Below are positions 13,723 through 25,455 of a stretch of 64,000 bases of DNA, piece after piece. The position numbers were made by a program, and so were the translations under genes. A model generated the notes under the pieces. That model searched no databases and was not told the origin of the DNA. It saw only the letters and a program-made list of their open reading frames with translations. Positions within the stretch are counted from its first letter, which is position 1, and each line of letters starts with the position of its first letter. The stretch comes from Phyllobates terribilis. Its lineage: Eukaryota. The stretch spans positions 134,974,001-135,038,000 of the forward strand of contig NW_027362767.1 in the NCBI RefSeq assembly GCF_046119375.1, in the 5' to 3' direction.

Positions 13723-15579
13723 ATGGATATCGGGAGGTGCGCTCACGGTCTGCATCCACCCATCCTCCTCCTGTCACTTGGGATCCTACTTCGAGTTTTG
13801 TGCACATGTTGTCCTGCCCTTTGTGTCTGTCCTACGCATGACAACGCCACCTTGTGCAAACACAGGCTTCTGAGCCTAGTCCCGGTAGAAATCCCTCTGA
13901 CTTCCCATTTCCTGGATCTTAGTTATAACCGGATCCGGTCAGTACAACACGGAGCCTTTTCCCACTTGCAGTACCTACAGGAGCTAGACCTGAGCAACAA
14001 CCAGCTTTCACGCATGGAACCAGGAGCCTTCAGTGGTTTGCCAAACATCCGCATCCTACTAGTCCATCATAACCAGCTGAAGCTTCTGCCTCCCGGGGTC
14101 TTTACCGGCATGCCAGACCTGACCTGGCTGGATGTGAGAGCCAACCAACTGGTCATTCTGTTGGATCAGACGTTCCGTGGACTGAGGGAACTCCGACACC
14201 TGGAGGTCAGCGACAACCCCCTTCTCTTCATATCTCCGGGGGCTTTTTTGGGAATGCCAATGCTGCAGAGACTGGGGCTTGAGAAAACCAAACTAAGCAT
14301 GGTGCCGACGCATGCTCTCAGTACTCTCCCACGTCTATCAGAGCTCAGATTAGGAGGCGTCACAAGTACGATACTACACGATCTCTCGTTTTCAGGGATG
14401 CCACTCCTGAGAGTACTGGATATGGATCACTGGCCATCCCTAAAGAAACTTGGCACACTAAGTCTGTCTGGAATTAACCTTTCTTCCCTCTCGCTGACCC
14501 AGAGTGACCTAACCTCAGTACCGACAGAAGCACTGGTTTCTCAAATCCACCTTCGAAGACTCGATCTTTCTAACAATCCAATTGCTGTCCTTCAAGAGCG
14601 ATGCTTCAGTTCTCTTAAAAGTCTGGAGGAGCTCCGGCTTTCTGGGGGAAGACTGCACTCCGTACCTTCAGGTACTTTCCATGGTCTTGACCGTCTACGT
14701 CTTCTAGACCTTTCTCATAACCCACTTCATTGGGTAGCCAAAGATGCTCTTCCCCCTCCCGGAAACCTAGAAACTTTACTCCTCTCTGGTACAAACCTTT
14801 CCTGTGACTGTCGTCTTTGCTGGCTCTTGCATCAGAAAATTAATTTTGGGGGGAACCCACCTGTCTGTGCTGCTCCTGCATTATTACGAGGCACGATTAT
14901 TCCGGACCATTCGGAGACGCTATGCCCAGAACTTTTTTCCTGCCAGCCTCCTAAAATAGTGGAACAAGGCCTACGAGAGTTAAAAGTTAAAGAAGGCGAC
15001 CGACTGACCGTAACTTGCCAGAGCCATGGAGTGCCAGAGCCGTCCATGGACTGGGTGCTGCCCAAGATGGCAGATACGGGGTCTTCAGAGGTGGCTGTAA
15101 CCACAGAGCTTCCTCTTCACACATCTCCATCAGAAGAGGTGACCAGATCAGTATGGAGGGCAATAAACATGCCACTGATGAAGAAGCCTGTGGAGAACTC
15201 AGAGGGCAGGATATCTGTCCTACCAGGGGGCTCCCTGCAGTTTTTCCCAGTACTAGCACAGGACAATGGTGCCTACCTCTGTGTTGCTAGTAACGTAGCA
15301 GGTAATGACTCTGTCTGGATTCACCTGGAAGTGACACCTTTGAATGGCAGCACCCTCCTTCCCCCACTCTCCATGGTCCATACCCATCTGCTGGCTGTCA
15401 TTACTGCTGGGGGCATACTGCCCTTCATCAGTTCAGTAACGCTCTGCTTCATCTTCATCTTTCTATGGAGCCGAGGACGCGGGAATATCAAACACACGGC
15501 CAACATAGACTATATCCCCAGGACTTCCAGAGGACCTTCATCACCTGAAGACAACAAATTCACAATGAAACTTATCTAA
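13723..15579 (+). CDS. lingo4: LINGO-family LRR and Ig domain-containing transmembrane receptor, most likely LINGO4 (618 aa, single coding exon)
   Basis: Signal peptide; LRRNT CPALCVC..C; ~12 LxxLxLxxN repeats; LRRCT CDCRL..C; Ig domain (C..W..DNGAYLC); TM LLAVITAGGILPFISSVTLCFIFIFLW; LINGO-type tail WSRGRGNIKH..IDYIPR..KFTMKLI. First ATG is at 13723 (the ORF-track start 13717 is GTG). Paralog call rests on proximity to creb3l4 (both on human 1q21.3): family certain, paralog less so. Confidence 0.85.
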   Translation: MDIGRCAHGLHPPILLLSLGILLRVLCTCCPALCVCPTHDNATLCKHRLLSLVPVEIPLTSHFLDLSYNRIRSVQHGAFSHLQYLQELDLSNNQLSRMEPGAFSGLPNIRILLVHHNQLKLLPPGVFTGMPDLTWLDVRANQLVILLDQTFRGLRELRHLEVSDNPLLFISPGAFLGMPMLQRLGLEKTKLSMVPTHALSTLPRLSELRLGGVTSTILHDLSFSGMPLLRVLDMDHWPSLKKLGTLSLSGINLSSLSLTQSDLTSVPTEALVSQIHLRRLDLSNNPIAVLQERCFSSLKSLEELRLSGGRLHSVPSGTFHGLDRLRLLDLSHNPLHWVAKDALPPPGNLETLLLSGTNLSCDCRLCWLLHQKINFGGNPPVCAAPALLRGTIIPDHSETLCPELFSCQPPKIVEQGLRELKVKEGDRLTVTCQSHGVPEPSMDWVLPKMADTGSSEVAVTTELPLHTSPSEEVTRSVWRAINMPLMKKPVENSEGRISVLPGGSLQFFPVLAQDNGAYLCVASNVAGNDSVWIHLEVTPLNGSTLLPPLSMVHTHLLAVITAGGILPFISSVTLCFIFIFLWSRGRGNIKHTANIDYIPRTSRGPSSPEDNKFTMKLI

Positions 15580-16287
15580 GGGGGAGATATGACGCCGTGT
15601 TATCAAATCCGACAGTTTTTTTACACTTAATATAGAAGTTACGAGAAACTGGTCCTTTAACGAGTTGTATCGGCGGTATAGAAATGCTGCAATTGGGGTC
15701 TCAGGCTTCTTCTAGGACACTCAGCATCATTTATTCAACAATGTAAATTGCTTGGAGTCTGAGAATAATGTATTTATATATCTGTAGAGATGAGCAATCT
15801 GATCTTCCTTGGCACCTTTGACACTTACAAGGCCCTGTGATGACATGACATTAAACACGTAAGCCCCAGAGGTGCCAAGGAGGCCAGGCACAGAAGTGGC
15901 TCATCTCTACCTTGTATACCTCTATTTTTCAGCTACATGAAAAAGCACTAATAATGTATTATTTCCATCTTTTACAGCATAGCCATAAAGTATGTACTGA
16001 CCTCTGGCTCCCTCCAGTGGTGATGCTCGATAATGTAACCACAGACAAATATTTTCTAAAATCTTCCAACACAACCTTGTTGGTTTTATATAATCCCTGT
16101 ATGTAAATGACCAGAAAAAAAATTGTTAAGTTATGTCATAATCACAACCACTATTCATTAAAACTGCATTTCCATCTTGTAAAGTGATGGCATATCACTA
16201 GCCCAAAATGAAATTAGTCTATAAAATCGAATGAAATCGTATAAAGAGAAACTAATAAAGATTATAGACTCTTGACATCCAGTCATG

Positions 16288-18268
<1,981 letters not shown>

Positions 18269-20007
18269 TATATATAGCATATAAATATATATGCTTCTCC
18301 ATAAGTCACAGGAATTATTCCCAATATCTCGCATTATTTACAGATTAGCAGTAAAGCGGGTGCAGAGCTCTGGCTCCCTGTAATGGTGGAGGCTCAATCC
18401 TGTACACAAATAACATTTCCCATAGAATTAATTCTTACCTACAGTAGTTATTATCACTGCTTGCACAGAATCAAACGGGGCCACCGAGCTCTGATCTGTC
18501 ACCTTACCTCTGTAGCATGAACTGCACATTATGATTCACATGAAAGGGAATGATAATTATGGCCAACGTTTCTCCAGGTGAAGTAGAAAGAGGTTACTGA
18601 AATCATCAATATTGGCACTGATCTCCGACGCCCCGAGTTGGGGGTCGTTGCAGCTTTGTTCCTCACGTAGCTCCGCCGCTAACTGCAGAGAACACGAAGG
18701 AGTCTAAAAATCACTGGACCTTACAGATAATGGGGTCTGTTCTGAAACGAAAAGGTTAAAGAAAAAATTACATCAGTGATAGCAGTAGCAGCAAAGGGTT
18801 AATAACATAACATGGCTGATCAGAGGTGACAATGGGGGATATAGCCACCGAAAAATGGAAGACAGTGCTCAACAGGGCCACGGTTTGTCACTAAGAAGCT
18901 AAAATGGAGGATATGATCTGCCAGAAGACGCCTCATGGAGGGTATGGATCTGTCAGTAATGGGTTAATGGAGTGTAAGGCGATGGGACATGCTGCCCATA
19001 TTTCCCTCTTGAAGAAACAAGCTTGTTATTATGAAAAGTTATGTGATGCAATGTGAACTGTGATGTATAGTGTGACTTGTGATGTGTGTTAAAGGTATTA
19101 GCAATACTGATAGTATGTGTAGTTTGACAATAGTGATAATAAGTGTTAATGTTTGGGACTAGCCCTCAGTGGGAGTGGATGAGTTGCAGGGAAAGTGACA
19201 ATTTCCTGCCAGAGAGTCAGATAAGGAGCTCTTTCTATGCACTCCATACCCTAGGTTCCATGTGAGCAGTGTCACATTCTGGGGTGTCCCTAAGTGAGAG
19301 GAGACGAAAGTAAAGAGATAGCAAGATCCGTGGTAGAAGTGACTAAGAGACAGAGTGACCTTCCGGAGGCGGGTTCTGGGAGAGGACACCTAGCAGAAAG
19401 GCCTAGAGTTTACAGCTCTCAAGGTAAAGGGCCTGGACAAAACTGATTACGAGAGACAAATAGATTGTCCCGGGCGGGATTTCCAGAGTGTCTGGGAGTT
19501 TGAAGTTAAGTCCAGCCATACTAGCACCCTAAGGGGAAAGATGACACAGAACCACGGGGCGAGTAAAGGACTCTTACTAAGCAGGTCTGTAAAGTTAAAG
19601 CTGGGTTGGGGTGAAGTAGTGAGAAACAGTGGAAACAGAGGGTCAGTAGAAAGAGTAAAAGTGAGGCAAGAGGGCAAAAGAGGAAAGAAGGAAGAAACTG
19701 TGTGGAACATGCTTGGAGTTGCAAAGGAAACGTTTATAAGACTGTGTACCCGCTATCTCTGGTATATATTCCCTATCAGGTACCCGTTCAGTAAAATGTT
19801 TATTTTCGAATGGTGGTCTCCCTCACTGAACAGTAAAACATCTGGTCTGGCGAACCAGTAACATTGGTTACATGCGGCCTGCACGGGCAAAGCGCCCTCA
19901 CCACACAAGTCCACACTCCCAGCCAGAACCCCTACTTTCATGTAATGTGCCAATGTGCCACAGACGAGTGTCTCGCCCACGGCTACCGCCCCACGCCATG
20001 TTACACT

Positions 20008-20025
20008 TGGTGTAGTCGGCAGGAT
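20008..20025 (+). promoter_or_regulatory. Primer binding site complementary to the 3' end of tRNA-Ser
   Basis: TGGTGTAGTCGGCAGGAT matches 17/18 of the reverse complement of the vertebrate tRNA-Ser(AGA) 3' end (..ATCCTGCCGACTACGCCA), 2 nt after the LTR CA. Confidence 0.88.
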
Positions 20026-20878
20026 CGAGTCTTGCAGTTAGAAGAACAGAGTGATGCGGGGAAGACTCGAGTTATGTGGAAGACGAAGACCGTTATATGG
20101 CCTAAGATGGTGCCGAACATGAACTTTAAAATGGCGGTGAGTGGTACAGAACAGCAAAAAAGGCACCATACATTGTGGGCGTAGAAGGAAAGAAAGGGTG
20201 CGAAGCGGTGTCCAGCCCTTCAGAGGTTACACCTACAGGAGAGAGTGTCGGAACCGGGAGTGCCTGTCTACAGCGAGGAGTGGCCATTGCTGTAAAGAGA
20301 AGTGGAAGGATAAAGGCTTGCCCAGGAAAATGGGCGGAGAAGATCGAGAAACGGGATAGTGAGTCAGAGAAAACCACACCTAGTGAAAAGTGGAGTCATG
20401 ACGAGTCTCAAGAGATGGACGAGACGGTGCCATTTGTAGGTTGTGAGTTGGAGGAGCAACAGTGCAGAAATGCTGGGCAGAATGGCAGATGCTGATGGTG
20501 CGGAGCTAGGCCCATGAAGGAGTGGTTGGCTGGGAGCGATTGTGGCAGCTGATGGTGGCTGTGGTAGAGGAGGTGGGGCCCTGTGGCTTGATGGAGCCAT
20601 TGGTGATTAAGCAGGAGCCGGAACCATGGACATGGGCCTGGTTCACAGCCCACAGCAGGGCCAAACACTTAGAGGTTCTGCAGACTCAGATACTGTAGGT
20701 TTCCCCTCCGACTACGCAGGAGCCCCCACCAAGTCCGGAGGTAATCCTTAACCCTGGATACACATCTCTTACTCCTCGAGAGAAGTGAATTGCGAGGGTG
20801 GTCTAGGTGAAAAAAGAATGAGAACAGTGAGTTTGGACCCAGCTGGACAGCCTCAGTGGAGAGAAGCTCGCCCAGTTG

Positions 20879-21007
20879 ATGATGCAGGGGGTCGTCGTGT
20901 ACTATGACTGTGAAAGGGGCTTTGGCTTTCTAGTGGAGAATAACACCTTAGATAAAGTATACCTTAACCCAGTTCCATCCGTCACGGTCCCAGCCTCCGG
21001 TTCCTGA
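20879..21007 (+). pseudogene. Cold-shock-domain-like coding remnant inside the LTR element
   Basis: Reads MMQGVVVYYDCERGFGFLVENNTLDKVYLNPVPSVTVPASGS*. It aligns without gaps to the CSD N-terminal half (YBX1 [27 protein letters not shown]), including RNP1 (RGFGFL) and RNP2 (VYLN) equivalents. Confidence 0.7.
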
Positions 21008-21835
21008 AGGATGAGGCTGGTTTGCTATCGCGGTCTCCTGAATCCGGTAGGTGACAGCAGAAGTGCCTATAGCATTCCAGCCTCGTCAGGAGGTGTTAGC
21101 GCTTAGGGCAGTCACACCCCTGGGGCTAGAGAGAGGAAGAACTGTGGGGAGACCGCTTCGAGTGCCTGTGGACCCTCGGAAGAGGAAAATACTGAGGGAC
21201 TGTCAGCTGTAGCAGTCAACCCAGCCTTGGTGTATGTGGCCCCGGGTGCTCACTCAGCCATATACATGCGAAGAATAGAGGCTAAGGAGACCTGGGTCTA
21301 AGATCGCAAGTTGAGGAACCTTGTTAGAGAAATGTAGACAGGAGTTTGTTAGGCCAAGTTGTGCTGGTTGCACCCTCATGAAAGGACATGATTCCAGTGG
21401 GAAAATGATCCACCTCTCCGTGACCCCCCATGTTAATGGCCAAAGTACATGTTTCCCTTTACCTTTGTTTGTAGCACCTGTTGCGTATTCCTCTGCTGGA
21501 TTAATGAGACACTGCAGTCGCTGGAGGGTCCTACAGGGATTCTGGTTCAGTAGCATTAAGACTAACCAGATGGACTGGCACCAGGTTAGGAAAACAGTTA
21601 AATGTACTCGAATGGTCATAAGTTCTAGGGTCCTAACCGAGAGAATCAGCTCACACAGAACGGAAAGAGACGTTCACTAATTTAAGTAATGCGCAGGAGA
21701 GTGGTTTGGAAACTTTGGTGGTAACTGGTCTAAGTAAAGTGCAGGAGAGAGGTTTGACGTCCGTTATAAAGGTCTTGGTGACTTCAACTAATGATTCTTA
21801 GTTATGTGCAGAAAGACGTGTTGGTGTCGTAATGC

Positions 21836-22893
21836 TGTAACGTGGCGCGGGGCAGTAGCCACAGGAGAGGCACTCGTCTTCAGCGCCTTGGCACGTTGCA
21901 TGAAAGTGTGCATCCTGGCTGGGTGTGTGAACTTGTGCTGTGAGTGCCTTACGTCCGTGCAGGCTGAATGTAGCCGGTGTTGTTAAATGGCCAAGAACAG
22001 GTGTTTTACAGTTTAGTGAGAGAGACTTCTGTTCCGAAATAAACTCTTTACTGAACGGTAACTTGGTAAGGGTTATATACAAGGGATAGCGGGTACACAG
22101 TCTTATGGACGTTTCCTTTACAGTATGAAGCACTTTCCACATAGTATCCTTCCTCTGTAGTTTACTCCAGGGTTAGTGAGGATCAGAGTTTCTCCCTACT
22201 TCGCCACACCCAAGCTTTAACGCTACAGTCCTGATCAGCAAGTCTCCTCTCTCATCGGTTCCGCATCCTTTCTCTTCCACTACTGATGCCCTGGAACCCT
22301 TGTACCAGGGACCCTCTCTAGTCCCACGTACTTAATTCTGTTTAGATCCCTTACCTTCTGGGTTACAAGCTCTAGGGTTCGTGATTTGGCTTCCTCTCCA
22401 AAAACCCCTCTCTGGAAGGACACTGTCTCTTTCAGTCACTTTTTCTTCTGGATCTCACTATCCCTTCCCTTAATCTCCTCTCCCTGTGGATTACCCTTTC
22501 GGCTGTACTGCTCTCTCCGCACTCCAAAACTCTACTCTTCAACTAACAGGAAGCGCTCACTTGCTTTAACATTAACCCCCACATCTGTGGGCTAATCCCA
22601 AACATTACCTCTATCCTAACTTACCCTATCGTCACTACTTATGCTACAGTCAACTATCTATGTCCCTATATTACCGGTCCTATAACACTATACCTTACAT
22701 TATACATCCTATACTATACATTACTACACATTATGCATATTATACTTGCATATCACACTCTATACATTTCATATTGCCCATTACATCACAATATTCACAA
22801 AGACGCAGGACATTATTCACACTACAATACAACACATAATGTGATTGGGCTCTTCAGGGGTAGGAACGCAATAGCACAATCTACCCCCTTACA
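21836..22893 (-). mobile_element. Solo LTR of a related family, inserted antisense in the internal region
   Basis: TGTAACGTGGCGCGGGGCAGTAGCC at 21836 is the reverse complement of the host LTR 3' end; the other end CCCCCTTACA is at 22893; flanks ATGC/ATGA (3/4 TSD). Confidence 0.85.
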
Positions 22894-23327
22894 ATGATTC
22901 AGTGTATTACAGTTTCCGGAAGGCTGAGGGTGGCCATTCTTAAGAGAAAGGGAAATGTGAGGCGATGCACATGCTGTCCATGTTTCCCTCTTGAAGAAAC
23001 AAATTTGTTGTTATGAAAAGTTATGTGATGCAATGTGAACTGTGATGTATAGTGTGACTTTTGATGTGTGTTATAGGTGTTAGCAATACTGATAGGGTGT
23101 GCACTTTGACAATAGGGATAGTGCAAGATAATGTTTGGGACTAGCCCTGAGTGGGAGGGGCTGAGTTGCAGGGAAAGTAACAATTTTTTGTTAGAGAGTC
23201 AGATAGGACCTGGAGTGCATTGAAAGAGGGCTTAGGTTCCGTGTGAGCAGTGCCGCATTATGGGGTGTCCCTAAGTGAGAGGAGACTGAAGTAAAGAGGT
23301 AGCGAGATCCGGGGCAGAAGTGACTAA

Positions 23328-23715
23328 GGCTATGTGCCCACGTTGCATTTATGAAGCAGAAAATTTCTGCTTCATTTCTGCAAGTCCTCTCCCGGAAAAA
23401 CGCATGCGGAATTCCGCACGCGTTTATCGCGCATTTTTCGCGCGTTTATCACGCGTTTTTTACATGCGGAATTGCCTTGCGTTTTTTATGCATTGGACAA
23501 AGGCAATTCCGCTTGCGGAAACGCAAAATTAAATGACATGCTGCGGATTTTTGAACGCGGCATAAACGCTGCGGAAAAATTCGCAGCATGTGCATTGCCA
23601 TTGCGGAATGCCATTGGGGACCATGGGGTGCGGATATACATGCGTTTTTCAAGCGTTTACGCTGCGGAAATTCCGCAGCATATACGCTTGAAAAATGCTA
23701 CGTGGGCACACAGCC
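23328..23715. mobile_element. PIF/Harbinger-like MITE (short form) in the 3' LTR
   Basis: TIR GGCTATGTGCCCACG / CGTGGGCACACAGCC; 3-bp TSD TAA/TAT. The empty site GTGACTAAGAGAC is present in the 5' LTR. Confidence 0.9.
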
Positions 23716-24364
23716 TATGAGACAAAGTGACCTTCCAAAGATGCATCCTGGGAGAGGACGCCTAGCATAAACGCTAAAGAGTTTTCAGCTCGCAAGGTAA
23801 CGGGCCTGGACAGGACTGAATACGAAAGATGAATATATTGTCCCGGGCAGGAGTTCCTGAGGGTCAGCAGCTTGAAGCTGAGTCCGGCCATACTAGCACC
23901 CAAAAGGGAAAAAAGACGCAGAACCACGGGGCGAGTAAAGGACTATTGCTAATCAGGACGGTAAAGTTAAAGCTGGATTGTGGTGAAGTAGTGAGAAACT
24001 GGAAACAGAGTACGAGTAGAAAGAGTAAAACAGTAAAAGTGAAACTAGAGGGCAAAAGAAAAAAGAAGGAAGAAACTGTGCGAAAATGCTTCACGTTGTA
24101 AAGGAAGCATCCATAACACTGTGTACCCGCTATCTCTTTTATATATGGTCTACCAAGTTACTGTTCAGTAAAATGTTTATTTTCAAATGGTGGTCTCCCT
24201 CACTGAACAGTCCAACACCTGGTCCTGGCAAACCAGCAACATCAGTCACATGCAGCCTGCACAGCCCCTCACTCACACCCAGCCAAGACCCCTACTGTCA
24301 TGTAACGACCAGGGTGCAAGAGACTAGTACCTCGCCCACGGCTACTGCCCCGCACCACGTAACA

Positions 24365-25265
24365 GGAGGACATTTCCTGTCAGCAATGGGTTAACAGAGG
24401 ACATTTCCTGTCCGCAATGGGTTAACGGAGGACATTTCCTGTCCGCAATGGGTTAACGGAGGACATTTCCTGTCAGCAATGGGTTAACGGAGGACATTTC
24501 CTGTCAGCAATGGGTTAACGGAGGACATTTCCTGTCCGCAATGGGTTAACAGAGGACATTTCCTGTCCGCAATGGGTTAACAGAGGACATTTCCTGTCCG
24601 CAATGGGTTAACAGAGGACATTTCCTGTCCGCAATGGGTTAACAGAGGACATTTCCTGTCCGCAATGGGTTAACAGAGGACATTTCCTGTCCGCAATGGG
24701 TTAACAGAGGACATTTCCTGTCCGCAATGGGTTAACAGAGGACATTTCCTGTCCGCAATGGGTTAACAGAGGACATTTCCTGTCCGCAATGGGTTAACAG
24801 AGGACATTTCCTGTCCGCAATGGGTTAACAGAGGACATTTCCTGTCAGCAATGGGTTAACAGAGGACATTTCCTGTCAGCAATGGGTTAACAGAGGACAT
24901 TTCCTGTCAGCAATGGGTTAACAGAGGACATTTCCTGTCAGCAATGGGTTAACAGAGGACATTTCCTGTCAGCAATGGGTTAACGGAGGACATTTCCTGT
25001 CCGCAATGAGTTAACGGAGGACATTTCCTGTCCGCAATGGGTTAACAGAGGACATTTCCTGTCCGCAATGGGTTAACAGAGGACATTTCCTGTCAGCAAT
25101 GGGTTAACAGAGGACATTTCCTGTCAGCAATGGGTTAACGGAGGACATTTCCTGTCAGCAATGGGTTAACAGAGGACATTTCCTGTCAGCAATGGGTTAA
25201 CGGAGGACATTTCCTGTCAGTAATGGGTTAATGGAGGACATTTCATCAGTAATGGGTTAATGGAG
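24365..25265. repeat. 31-bp minisatellite GGACATTTCCTGTC(C/A)GCAATGGGTTAAC(A/G)GA, ~29 copies
   Basis: Direct reading; one degenerate unit (CTGTCAGTAATGGGTTAATGGAG) lies left of the LTR insertion at 18950-18972. Confidence 0.97.
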
Positions 25266-25455
25266 GCCATATGACCTTTTACTGACAGGCTACATCTTCA
25301 GTTATTGGAGGACATTTTGTCAGGTAACACTGAGGATTGTCAGTCACACAGTAATGGCTGTGTACCAGTGTCCTGTCACTACACGACGGACGCCATGTTC
25401 CTGTGGACACTGCAAGAACCCGACCTGTACACGACTGTCACCACTGCTGGGGATG

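Larger units (their letters stand above)
18973..24364 (+). mobile_element. Full-length non-autonomous (pol-less) LTR retroelement, Gypsy-like; 5' LTR 18973-20005, 3' LTR 22956-24364
   Basis: Both LTRs are TG...CA with homologous sequence throughout; exact 4-bp TSD GGAG (18969-18972, 24365-24368); PBS at 20008; PPT AGAGAAAGGGAAA directly before the 3' LTR. No RT/RH/IN motifs seen in the ~1.9-kb native internal region. Confidence 0.92.

Noticed and set aside
18975-18988. LTR start TAAGGCGATGGGAC resembles tRNA-Ser TAAGGCGATGGAC
   Set aside because: Same sense as the tRNA, so it cannot pair with it, and it is not conserved in the 3' LTR; likely chance.
20008-20030. tRNA-Ser gene
   Set aside because: Only 18 nt complementary to the tRNA 3' end including CCA; this is a PBS, not a gene.
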